Shown here: positions 49,064 through 64,000 of the stretch, piece after piece
How positions within the stretch are numbered: the first letter of the stretch is position 1
How the letters are laid out: each line of letters opens with the position of its first letter
Assembly (NCBI RefSeq): GCF_000143415.4
Contig: NW_003314297.1
Span: forward strand, 310,001-374,000
DNA length: 64,000 nt
Direction: 5' to 3'
Source: Selaginella moellendorffii
Taxonomy: Eukaryota; Plantae; Lycopodiophyta
Notes under the pieces: generated by a model
Seen by the model: only the letters and a program-made list of their open reading frames with translations
What the model was told of the DNA's origin: nothing
The model's database searches: none
Translations under genes and position numbers: made by a program

Positions 49064-50896
49064 ATGGCAAACTCAAACTCTAGGACAGCATGGCTCTACT
49101 ACTTGTTCTTGGACGGCACTTCTACCTTCGATGCTTGGCTCAATGCCTCTTCGTTCCAGGTACTGTGTCTTGTTTCTATGGCAAATCTCTGGTACTAAAT
49201 TTGTTCGTTTGTGGTTCCTTGCAGATTTCCCAGGTTCTTCTCACATTTCCCTACTCTTTCGCGCAATTGGGACTCGTCTCGGGGATTTTATACCAGCTAC
49301 TTTATGCTGTCATGGGCTGCTGGTCGTGTTACATGACAACCAGTCTCTACATAATTTACAAGGAGCGACGAGCGAAGCAAAACAACCCCATGGATTGCCA
49401 CGAATATCGGAGCATCCAGGCAATGCTTCGTTGAGGTTTTCGCCTTGCGCCATTCTTTTGTTTTCTAGTGCTCATCCTCTTCCTTGATTCCTTACAGTGG
49501 TACGAGGTGATGGACGGACTCTTGGGATGGCGGTGGAAAATAGCGGGCTTAGTCTTCAACACCGGTGATCAGTTTCTCACCTGCGTTATCTTCCTTGTAG
49601 GATGTTCAAGGTAAATCAACTCCATTTTCTTCTTTTTTTCTTAAAAAAAATTACGATTTTGTCTTATGAACAGTCTCACACATTCACTCAACCATCATCT
49701 CAACAAAAGAACGTGGACGCTTGTCCTCACAGGCTGCTTTTTAACAATGGTTTTGATACCACGGGCGCAGCACTACAGAATTTGGTCCTCCATCGGGATT
49801 GTGGCGACCACCTACACTGCTTGGTACTTGACAATCGCTAGCATACTCCTCGGTCCAGTGAGTCACTCAGCCCTTTCGATTATGTCTTCTCTTTGCTAAC
49901 TTTGAGAACAATCACGGTAAGCTTCTAAACAGGAACCCGATGTCAAGCACACGGCTCCACCCAGCACAGTACAGTACTTTGTTGGAGCGACCAACATGCT
50001 CTACGCATTCGGGGGACACGCGATTACCATGTAAGTAGTAGCAGACGCTTTATCATTTTTTAGTCTCTCAAAACACTGATTAATATCGATATCGAGCAGT
50101 GAGATAGCCGACGCGATGCGAGAGCCAAAGAAGTTTAAGGTGGTCTACTTCTACTGCATTCTCTACATCCTAACTCTCACGCTGCCATCGGCCATCGCAA
50201 TGTACTGGGCCTTTGGAGACACGATGCTCCACAACACTTACGCGCTCGCGGTTCTTCCACGCTCCAAGTTTCACGTTGCAGCAAACGTTTTGATGCTCTT
50301 CCACCAGGTAAAATTTTCCAAAACTTTGGTATGGATCTCGAAACTCGCACAAACCTCCAGTTCATGCAGTTCGGCTTCATGGCGCTCCCCATTTTTATGA
50401 AGTGGGAGAAGCTGCTGGGAATCCACAGGTCCAAAAACTACTGGCTCAAGGCGGTGTCCCGGATTCCAGTGGTACTGCTCGTCTGGTTTTTCGCGATCAT
50501 GACACCCTTCACGGGGCTCATCGACTCCATTGTTGGATCGATCTTCACGAGCTTCAGCGTCTACATTATCCCGTGCTTGGCTCATATGGTCCTCCACAAA
50601 ACATTCACCGCGAGGAAGGTAATGCTCTATCTTTATCATTTTTTCTCTCTGTGTGTGTGGGCGTTCTTGTGCTCGATCGATATGACTCGAAAGGTTTGGT
50701 TTTGTAGGACGCGATCGAGCAGCCTCCATTTTTTATGCCGAGCTGGGTCGGAATTTACTGCCTCAATCTCGCTGTTGTGTTATGGGTTTTGATCGCGGGT
50801 GTGGGACTTGGAGGATGGTCCGCGATCTCCACGCTTCTCGAGAACATCCGTAGCTTTGGTCCCTTTCCCAAATGCTTCCAATGCCAAGCAAAGTAG
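49064..50896 (+). CDS. Divergent AUX1/LAX-family auxin influx carrier-like permease
   Basis: Spliced: DAWLNASSFQ|ISQVLLTFPYSFAQLG...SIQ|WYEVMDGLLG...LNKRTWT...HYRIWS...TTYTAWYL...GATNMLYAFGGHAIT...YIIPCLAHM...FGPFPKCFQCQAK*; collinear with AUX1. Confidence 0.92.
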
Positions 50897-50977
50897 AGGC
50901 TTGACACTGCTTTTGAGCGCGAAACAGATTTAAATTTTAAATTTGTTTGCTCGGGTATTTAGGGTTCTAGCTTGGCG

Positions 50978-51981
50978 ATGGCGTTGAGGGCCGTGGTGCC
51001 GTGGACGCTGCCGGGAGCTGCGCCATTGCAGCTCAATGCTAGCAGCAGCGCCATCAGGTAAGGCGGCATTCTTGCTCTGGAGTGGGAAAAGAAATCGTCG
51101 CTATAGATGTGACGCGCAGGAGAATCCAAGGGCGGCGACCGTGATTTCGCGGAGGAAGAGCCTGGTCGGGTTCACGCTAGCGATGGGTCTGGCTGCGAAT
51201 CAAACGGCTGCACTGGCCAGAGAGGTCGAAGTGGGAGCCTATCTTCCCCCGGTCGAGTCCCTTCCAGGATTCGTGCAATTCAAGGCTTCTGGCAGAGATA
51301 CTCCAGCGCTTCGCGCCGGTAAGTGAAAACGATGGTCTGGTTCTACTGTGAGCCTAAGAAAGACCTTCAAATCTTCCTCTCTCTTGTTGTTTCTATCTTT
51401 TTTTCGATTCCTGAGCGCTAAAACTTTTTTTGTCTTCCATCTCAGGGAACGTTCAGCCTTACGAGTTTATTCTCCCATCGACTTGGAAGCAGCAGCGAAT
51501 CGCAAACATCTTGTCTGGGAATTATTGCCAGCCAAAGTGTGCCGAGCCTTGGGTGGAAGTCAAGTTTGAGGATGACAAGGAAGGGAGCCTGCAAGTGGTG
51601 GCAGCTCCCATGGTCCGGCTTACAAACAAACCAAACGCCAGGATCGACGAGATTGGCAGTCCCGAGAAGCTCATAGCTGCGTTGGGACCTTTTGTCACCG
51701 GGAACAGCTACGACCCTGATGAAGTGATTGAAACCTCCGTGAAGGATCGAGACGGAGAAAAAGTGAGCTTTCGTTTGGTTCCTTCCTCACTTACTAGCTT
51801 TCTTTCACAGTTCTATTGCTACACGCTTGAGACGCCATACGCAAAGACTGGCACTCACAACTTGGCAGCTGCGACGTCTAAAGGCAATGTGGTGCTGCTC
51901 TTTGTAGTGAGCGCAAGCGAATCACAGTGGTCCAAATCGGAGAGCGTGCTGAGAACAATTCTCGACTCGTTCAAAGCCTGA
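50978..51981 (+). CDS. PPD6: PsbP domain-containing protein 6, thylakoid lumen
   Basis: RR-containing transit (ISRRKSL...ALA), REVEVGAYLP, DTPALRAG-NVQPY, IANILSGNYCQPKCAEPW, LGPFVTGNSYD. Confidence 0.95.
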
Positions 51982-52624
51982 GAACTCTGGTAAGCAGGAG
52001 CTACATATTTACCACGCATAGAGCTCGCAATTACGTGTAAAGTTCTTACCCCACAGCACTCGTAGAAGGTACTTTGAAAGCTTGACGTTTCAATTTTTCG
52101 AAAGCCGTCGTTTTTGGCAGGGACAGAAAAGTCTTTTTAGCGTAGCACGATTTCGGCTGCGCGTACTTACATGAAAGTAAATATTGAGAAACATGTGAGA
52201 GGCACGACCAGGTTCTTGTCGCGAAGATGTTTGTTGATTTTTTCCCTTTTTGTGAGAAACGAGTTGACAGCTGCAGCTGTTTTGCCAGACAACCAGGATC
52301 GACGGGTTCCTATATCTTTTCGGGTAATATTGTCGAAACTTGGATGTGTTGGAATCTTGTACGAAGGTTGTTTGCCATGTCCAACTTGATAGATGCGTCC
52401 GGCAATGATACGGCAGCGCCGACCACTTCCACTCGCTCCAAATAATGTGGTGCGAGTTTTATTTTTCCTCACCAGTTCGTCAAAAAGGGGGAAAGGAGAA
52501 AAGCCATGGCTCTGTTTCTCTTTTTCGTTTTCCTTTCTTTTATAAACCAGGTGGCCTGTTCTGTGCTATCGATCCCTGAGGAACTTCAATTCAACTCCTC
52601 CTTCCAGCAAAGGCAAAGTCAAAA

Positions 52625-53094
52625 ATGGGAGAGGTAGTCTGAGTTTTTAATTTTTGCTTTGTTTTTGTAACAATGAATGCCACTCGCAGGCTGTGACTGT
52701 GGAGTTGATGGTGTCAATGCATTGCAAAGGGTGCTTCAGAGCCGTGAAGAAGGCAATCAGCAAACTCGATGGTAAGAAAACAGGAGCTCTCGTAACGCGT
52801 CATGTATCTTCCTGTCTCTGTTATCCAGGAGTAACTTCTTATAAGATAAGTTTCCAGGAGAAGAAGGTGATCATTACCGGCGATATCACTCCGGAGCTCG
52901 TTCTCAAGAAGATTAAAAAGACCGGCAAGACGGTAAGCTTGATCCCACCGCCGCCGCCACCAGAGCCAGAGCCTCAACCAGCGGCGGAAGAACAGCCACC
53001 TCCACCTCAAGAACAATCGCCACCGGCCGAAGAAGCAGCTGCCGCTCCACAAGAAAATCCTCCACCGCAAGACGAAGCAGTGGAGGCAAAGTAA
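52625..53094 (+). CDS. Heavy-metal-associated (HMA) domain metallochaperone, CCH/HPP-like
   Basis: MGE|AVTVELMVSMHCKGC...KKTGK followed by a Pro/Glu/Ala-rich tail; no CaaX box. Confidence 0.9.
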
Positions 53095-53572
53095 AGTTCG
53101 TGCTTCATAGAAATCCTCGTAAAGCAAAAGGAAGTTTGAGGATAGTGTGATAGAATCTTATACTTTTCTATTCATGAAAACCATGTATCAAATTATTTCA
53201 TCTCAGTCTTTGTACATTGCATTGTTTTTTAATAGTGTGATAGATTCATGGATAACTACCAAGTCTTTTCATGTCAATCTTATAACGTGTGAAGTTGTCT
53301 CATTGTTTTCCATGCAGTAAGTTTGCATCACTCTTGAAAACGTGCCTTGGTTCGAGGCTCATCACGGCCATGGTTGCTATTTTGGGGCCTTCTTATCTGA
53401 CACACGCCTATTATTCGCATCTGCGGCGGTGCTCCGTTTATGCAATACACTTGTAGGGTTAAGCAAGCTCTACATTTCTTTTGGCGCGATCCTTGGCCGG
53501 GAGCTAGGGTTCTTCCAGCGATCGAGCTGCCAATCCTGCGCGACAGGCGGCATTCTATCCCGATCCAGCGAT

Positions 53573-56762
<3,190 letters not shown>

Positions 56763-57033
56763 TTATTCGCGTGGACTGCCGCGGCGATACGAAGCGCTAT
56801 CAAACGTGAAGAAGCTTGTGATCTTTTACTTGTGCCTTGTATAAATGCTAGACATTTTTAATTGGAAGATCGGACGGCTTGGATGCACAATCTCGGCGGA
56901 ATGTAACAGGTGTGTAATGATTTAGCGCCGGCATTATGAAGATTCGCCGGAAGATTCGCCGGCGGCCGCCAGATAATGGATTTGATGAAAATCCCGATAA
57001 TGGTGATGTCATCATGATCGTAAGAAAAATCGC

Positions 57034-57198
57034 GCCGTTGGATCGCCGGGGATCTACGATCTGGATTCGTCCATCACCGCATGCCGTTGGATACTGGAGA
57101 GCCATTATACAGCCGACACGTGTCATGACAATATCCGCACATTATGACCTGTCACGCAATATTCTGCATGATGTCGTTAGATGTTCACATCAACGGCC
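57034..57198. promoter_or_regulatory. Cluster of MSA-like (AACGG) elements upstream of AHP
   Basis: GCCGTTGGAT at 57034 and 57083; ATCAACGGCC at 57189. Confidence 0.4.
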
Positions 57199-57625
57199 GG
57201 CATTCGATCTCTTAGATCAGACGGATTTCAACCGCATACGTGGCGAGCTGGTATCAGTCGATTCTACCAAATCCGACGATTGCGACGAATCCTCTACCGT
57301 ATGAGCCAAATCCCCCCATATAAATACTACTGTAGTTTTCAACTCCCGCCGTAGTAACGTGATTTACAGCGCGGTAAATTCCTCTCTTGCTTCTTTGTTT
57401 TTCACCTACTGAGAATCAATCCAAGCATGGCTATGGCGCTAGGGTTTTGATTACCTGTCTCGCTGCCTGGCGCTCTCTCTCTTCTATCTCTCTCCCTCCG
57501 ATCGAATGCGCAGGGGTATATAATTCGCGCTTGTCCGCCTGCTCTTTGCGCCGTGGATCGCCGTCGTCTCGTCGACAGGAATCGATAATCTTAGCATTCT
57601 TCTCAATCCCGTTCTTGGCTTGGCG

Positions 57626-58493
57626 ATGGATCCCGGAATGCTGCAGCGCCAGTATGTGGAGCTGATGCAAGCGTCGTTTCAGGAGGTAAGAGGAGGGATC
57701 CTTTAGCAAAATTTGGTGCTGGGAATCACTCTAGAATCTAGCGACAGAATTGTGTAACGCTCGCTCTCATTCGCATTCGCAGAATCTCCTGGACGATCAG
57801 TTCTCGCAACTCCAGCAGCTCCAGGATCCCACAAATCCCGACTTCGTGGCCGAAGTGGTGTCTTTGTTCTTCGAGGACTCGGAAAAGCTGCTCAATGATT
57901 TGTCAAAGACATTGTACGGTGGAGTAACTTAGCGTGGTTTTTTCCCCCTTCCACTTGCTTTACGTTCTGTACTTTCGCTCTAACTCGTTTATCTCTTCCT
58001 TCGTCCACAGTGAGCACAATCCGATGAACTTCAAGCAGATCGATGCGTACGTTCATCAGTTCAAGGGGAGTAGTGCCAGGTATTCTCGATCCAAAAACCA
58101 GCATTGTCTGTGTGTGTGGTTTTTCGTTCTAGTGTTCTTATCGTTTTGGATGTTTGTCAGCATTGGAGCTGCCCGTGTCAAGGCATTGTGCGTTGCTTTT
58201 CGTGCCTACTGCGAAGAGGAAAACCGGGACGGGTACGATAAATGAACAGCTTCGATCTCTCGCGTTCTAACGCATGGCTTTTCTCTTGTTTTGTCTCTTC
58301 AGCTGCTGGCAATGTCTGCAACAAGTAAAGCGCGAATTTTTCCTTGTCAAGACGAGGCTCCAGGCACTGCTCCAAGTAAGTGCCTCGGACACTTTTGTTT
58401 CACGCAGAGCTAATGACGCTGCTCCTTTTGCATGATTTTCAGCTGGAGGAGAAGATCATTGCTGCCGGTGGCACAGTCCCGCTGCTCGAATGA
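57626..58493 (+). CDS. AHP: Histidine-containing phosphotransfer protein (cytokinin two-component signalling), 6 exons
   Basis: LDDQFSQLQQLQDPTNPDFVAEVVSLFFEDS...DAYVHQFKGSSASIGAARVK; the phospho-accepting His is intact. Confidence 0.96.
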
Positions 58494-59565
58494 GATCAAT
58501 CGTGGTAGCAATATCGACCCCTCGTTACTTAAATGGCACTATGGATGGAGTGACCGTCTTAGAGAAGAGCACACACCGCGACTGGGCATATAGCTAGAAA
58601 ACCAAAGAGTTTTGTTCTTCTGGTCACTCGGTTCTCTTGTAGAGTTTTTGTAGATCCCTGTATTGTATGAATCATCTTTTCCTTGTGCTTACGGTTTGTC
58701 TTAAGAGCTATTGTTTTTGCAAAAGAAGTCGGAATCTTCGAATCCCTCGCGGAACAAACTGTTACGAGTGAGAATCTCGATATGATGATCCAAAGTGGAG
58801 CGTGATTCGAGTTGTCCCTGGCAAAGGATACCTCATTATTGGATTTTTCTTGTGTACGAAGCTGGGCGCTCGTACATTTGTCATCTTGTCGTCTCGCAGA
58901 TCTTTTCTCTCCAAAAGTTCTTCGCAACAATCTATGATGTCAATCGTCCAGCCCAGTCCAATCATCATCCGCGAAACATAGAAAGAACCTGTGCGAAGTC
59001 GAGAATCACGAGCAACGAACATAGAAAAAGCTGACACGATTGGATTTTTCCAGCACTCCCCCACAGCTACATTGTCTTGTCTTGATGATTTTACCACTCC
59101 CAATGTTAAACTCACTGGTAAAACATTGTAAGCTTTGTGGATGAAAGGTGGTGATGATCCTCGTATTCATATGGAAGATCCATGTTAATTACCACAAAGT
59201 AGATTTAAGGCTCGCGTATCAAACGAGAATGATCGTAGTGGCCAGCTACGCTGTCTGTCTAGAAGGCGTCTAGAATAAAACGCGCTTGCCTCTCATCCAG
59301 GACGCAGAGTTTTAACCGATTGATTCAAGCATGCCCGCCGAGGCCTCTGGAGCTCCTCTCCTTCCAGCGAGCCCAAGCCCACCGCCCAACCATCACTCCT
59401 CCCAAAAGATAAACCTGTGAGAAGAGAGAGATCGAGAACAAAAAGGAAAGATCTAAGCGCGAGAAGTATGGGACGAAAGAATTCTATGGGGACGCTCACG
59501 CGACTCGAGAATGGATTATGGGAGGGATGATTGCTCTCAAAAGATTATGTGAGAGATGATAGCTC

Positions 59566-59975
59566 TCATGCTCTCGACGCACAGTACTGATGCTTAGTTT
59601 TCTCTCTTGGATGATGGAGGTACAGGCTCCAGCATCGAGAAAGCCTCTCGTTCGTACTACTTACTCCTCTCACACGCGAAGAACAGAGGACTGGCGAGAA
59701 ATTTCTCTCTTCCAACGGATTTTCGGAGGAATCCGAGGATGGACGGATGAATGAATGCCGCAGTGCCACTGGCTGGCCTAGCTACGAGAGAAAGAGGAGA
59801 GAAAGAGGAGTGATCTGACCTGCCATAGCTTGGTGGCGCTACTGGCGTTCTCGTCACTGCCTGAGCTCATCTTTAGCTCCGCTGATAGAGGCCGCCGCGC
59901 CGGGAATCGCACCGTCGACGAGGTGGAGACGTCGCGCTCGTACACCGCGACATCGTCGCCGCTGGCAGCCTCCAT
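59566..59975 (-). other. Possible short spliced transcript divergent from the BEACH gene; product unknown
   Basis: GC-rich ATG exon MEAASGDD...KLWQ followed by GTCAG and a pyrimidine tract; no recognisable domain. Confidence 0.25.
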
Positions 59976-60372
59976 GGCTCGCCCTCCCTTGCCCTAAAAA
60001 TTCCCATTCTTTTCAACCCTTCGTTGCCCATATAGAATATTCGTCACGCCTTAGAATATGCTTTCTTGGTTAAACCCTAGCGAGGCTCGGAGCTCTTCTT
60101 TTGTGTGCATGCGTTCCGTACAAGAGGGAATGTATGGCCACATCGCGTTACCACGAGCTTGGCCTAGGGTTAGGGTTTATGGGAGGGATGAGCTGAGTCG
60201 CATTTGGAGGGCGCTGGGGATGCGCGCGCGACCGGGCGCGTCCAGCTGCTGGAGGAGGTAAAGAAATAAATTCCGGATTGATTGGCCCCAGGAATTTCTT
60301 CGTCAAGCTTAGATCTGGCACGCATCGGGTGTATAGCTTCTTTCCCTCCCCCGGATTCGTCAGCGCCAGGGG

Positions 60373-63300
60373 ATGGAAGGCCGCGATCCGAGCGACGATC
60401 TGGACTTTCGAGATGCGGGGGACGATGTAGATAGAGGCGCCAGTTATTTGGAGCACAGCGATGGATCGAAATTGGAGCGGAATCCGGCGGCGGTCGAGCT
60501 GCGCGCTAGATCTGGCGATGGCGGGCATGCAGAGGAATTGCCAGGGGAGGATTTCGACAATGTAAATCTGTTCGATAGGAGTGGCGGCATTGTAGAGGGG
60601 AAGATCGACGGGAATGGGTTCCACGATCTAGTTATGTCGTCGAGAAGAGAAGATGGCGGCGGGGAGATAGAAGAGGTTGATGAGTCCACCGCAGGAAATT
60701 CGCCTGGGTCCTCGTCGGTGGTGAAGCTCGAGGATCAGTTTGACGAGGTGAGCTTGAACGACAACGTCGGTACTCCCAGTGGTTTTTCCTCGGCCCGTGA
60801 CTCGGTGAGTAGCATCACCGTTTTAAACTCGGGGAATGCCAGTCCCAAGAGCTCGTCGCTGGGGTCTCCTCTCCACTCGCGGGGAAAGGCTGTTCTTCCC
60901 GACGCGTCTCCAGAGCTCATGCGCCTCATTGATTCGGCGATCCAGGGCGCCGACGCCGACCAGAAAAGCTTGCACAAGCTCAAGAGGGTGGTGGCTGGTG
61001 AAGAGAGTATAGAAGGTGGCGACGGCAAAGTTGACAATGATACTCGTGCGAGGCTGGTGGTGGAGATTCTTCTTGCAAAGATGGGTGGCATTGAAGCTCT
61101 GGACGACACTGCTGCGCCAAAGATGATGCTGAGTGCCGGGGCTGCGATCGTGGCCGGAGAGCTTATTCCTTGGCTTTCGTCAGAGGGAGATACTGGGGTT
61201 TTCGTGTCGCCGAGAACGAGAATCGCCAAAGGCATCACTATGACTCTTCAAGCATGCACGCGGAACAGAGCGATGTGTTCGGCGGCCGGGCTGCTCAGAG
61301 TTCTCCTAGAAGCGGCACGAATACTTTTCGCTCGAAAGGCAGCTGCTGAAGAACAAGGTCACGAGTGGGATGCTAGTCCTTTGCTAGATGCTATCCAGGC
61401 ACTGGGATCTCACTGTTTGACAGTAGTGGACCTCCGTCACTGGCTCTTCACGGTAACGGAGACTGGACAGTCGCTTGATCTTGTTCTCGCATTGGAGAAG
61501 ACAATGGCGGGAGAAGAAACGAGAGGTCCTGCCTACACTTTCGAGTTCGATGGAGAGAGTTCTGGATTACTCGGCCCTGGAGACAGCAAGTGGCCATTTG
61601 GCAACGGTTATGCGTTTGCTACCTGGCTTTATATCGAAAGTTTTGCGGACACACTCAACACTGCGACGACTGCTGCTGCCATTGCTGTCGCTGCGGCCGC
61701 GAAGACGGGGAAGTCGTCAGCGATGTCAGCAGCAGCCGCAGCAAGTGCTCTAGCGGGGGAAGGAACTGCACATATGCCTCGGCTTTTCAGCTTTCTGTCA
61801 GCAGACAACCAGGGAGTTGAAGCGTACTTCCACGGGCAGTTTCTCGTGGTCGAGAGTGCCGTGGCCAAAGGAAAGAAGTCGTCTCTTCACTTCACCTATG
61901 CGTTCAAGCCGCGGAGGTGGTACTTCGTGGGCCTAGAGCATATCTTCAAACAGAGTCTGATTGGAAAGGGAGACAGCGAAGTGAAGCTCTACGTTGACGG
62001 CAGGCTCTACGAAGCACGTCCTTTTGATTTTCCGCGCGTGTCCAAGCCGCTAGCGTTTTGCTGCATCGGCACAAATCCTCCACCGGCAATGGCTGGACTT
62101 CAGAGAAGGCGGCGTCAGTGTCCTTTGTTTGCGGAGGTCGGACCGATCTACATTTTCAAAGAACCAATTGGTCAGGACAAGATGAACCGGTTGGCAGCAA
62201 GGGGTGGTGATGTCGTTCCTACATTCGGGAATGGTGCTGGACTACCTTGGCTTGCTATATCCGAGGAATCGAGGGCCTTGGCGGAAGAAAGTGCAGCACT
62301 GGACGTTGAAATCGGGCCGAAGACTCATTTACTGTACCATCCTCAGCTGCTGATCGGGAGGTCGTGCATAGATATTTCTCCTGCGGGATCGTCAGGTTCG
62401 TAGTTAGTTTTGCTTGCTGACAAGTTTACTAATGATTTTTTGCTCCAGGTTTGCACAGAAGGCCGGCTGAGGTTCTTGGCCATGTCCACGTGGCTTCTCG
62501 CGTGAAGCCCATGGAAGCTGTCTGGGCGATGGGTGAAGGAGGTCCTCTAGCGCTACTCCCACTTGTGGTTGGAAGCGTCAACAAGGAAACGTTGCAGCCA
62601 AATGCTGGTGATATCACTCTCTCCGTAAGATCATCATTTCTATCGGGACCGATCTTGCGTATATTGGCTACTGCTCTCAAGTACCCAGGCAACTCGGACG
62701 AGATGACAAGAGGCCACGCACCAGAACTACTTGCACATCTTTTGGGCCACCTTCTGGTTATCTCATCAATTTCGAAGTCAGTGGACGGACAGGAAAGAGA
62801 CGAAGAGCTTGTGGCCGCCGTGGTGTCCCTTTGTCAGGCACCTAAGGGGAATGCTACCTTGGAAGTGCAGCTATACAGTAGCTTGCTTCTCGATCTGAAG
62901 CTTTGGAGCAGGTGCAGTTACGGCTTGCAAAAGAAGCTGCTATCATCACTTGCGGATATGGTTTTCACCGAGGAGAAGACAATGAGAGCTGCAAATGCAG
63001 TTCAAATGCTGCTGGACGGTTGTAGATCTTGCTACTGGATTGTTCCGGAGCCGCACTCGGTGCATTCATTTGCGGGTGGCAAAAATACTAGGCCTTTGGG
63101 AGAAATCAATGCTCTCGTCGACGAGCTTCTGGTGATTGTGGAGCTTTTAACTGGATCGGCTCAGGGACCTACTGCAGCGTCTGATGTTCGCTGCTTGGTA
63201 CAATTTGTTCTTGACTGCCCACAACCCAACCAGGTAAAAACATTTTCGTCATTAGCTTTGTCTTGCGAATTTACCTGCATGTTTGTGCTTGGCAGGTCGC

Positions 63301-64000
63301 GCGAGTTTTGCATTTATTGTATAGACTTGTTGTACAGCCAAATGCTGCTCGTGCTGCGACCTTCGCGGAGTTGCTGATGAAAAATGGAGTGGTTGAGATG
63401 CTCTTGACGCTCATACAAAGAGAATCCGAGATGGGTGAAAATTCCGAGGGCCTGAATTTGCGAGAACTGGACGAGGAAGAAGAGGGTGAAGAATTTGAAG
63501 AAGTGCCCGAAGGTGATATAACGAGGACAAGTTCTGATTCTGAGGCTCCAGTTCCTTCTCAAAAACCGGTGGGACACAAGAACGTCGGAGGTATCACATT
63601 ATCAATCAGTGCAGATACTGCTAGGAACAACTTCCGAAACGTGGATAAGGGAGATGGCATGATGCTCGGGATAGTTGGACTACTAGGGGCACTTCTCGTT
63701 GGGGGCCATCTCAAGAGTACCATAGGAAATACTGTCGCTGGCTCTGGAGCTGTTGAGTCACCTGGACTTGCGTCCTGGCTTTTATATGCGTTGCAGCGGG
63801 CGTTCCAGGTTGCTCCTAAGCGTCTGCTCACTCGTAACGTGTATTCTGCCGTCTTATCAGTTGTTGTGAGGTCCGAGGTAAACTAATTTTTTATTTTTTA
63901 TCAACGATGTTTGTGAACTAAGGCTTGTACTTTTTCCAGGGAGGAATGTCGTCTACGGATGATGGTTTGGCAATTTTTGATACCGTTCATCGATTTGAAC
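60373..64000 (+). CDS. BCHC2: BEACH domain-containing protein C (neurobeachin/LRBA-like), 5' part
   Basis: [81 protein letters not shown] (ConA-like region). Continues beyond the window. Confidence 0.93.

Noticed and set aside
56936-57304. 122-aa ORF upstream of AHP
   Set aside because: No domain; the sequence is made of short repeated promoter-like motifs.

Overview
This is eukaryotic land-plant nuclear DNA. The ~50-65 nt GT-AG introns, very short intergenic spaces and gene content suggest the lycophyte Selaginella (inference). Two gene-dense blocks flank a ~17 kb AT-rich island (~13.75-30.65 kb, two assembly gaps). Left block: 6PGD 3' end, BRR2, a MAGL/CSE-family hydrolase, EFG1 and a membrane protein. 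Right block: NHL/LEA2, a peroxisomal hotdog thioesterase, an intronless stand-alone beta-tripod/Vps62-like gene, a CalS11/12-clade callose synthase, RopGEF, an EamA/SLC35F transporter, PSRP1, a Rossmann-fold protein, a divergent AUX1/LAX, PPD6, an HMA chaperone, peroxisomal MFP, AHP and the 5' part of a BEACH protein. The island holds decayed Ty3/gypsy sequence, an AT-rich bulb-type lectin pseudogene and an apparently intact 4-exon, 141-aa TALE homeobox gene. The TALE gene is split across several ORF-track entries, has BELL-type intron positions but no BELL/POX domain, and has an altered recognition helix. Top leads: the mini-TALE gene, the beta-tripod gene, the divergent AUX1/LAX, the intron-rich CalS12-type gene and the SPxR-rich hydrolase tail. 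All exon models were spliced by eye; no database searches were run.
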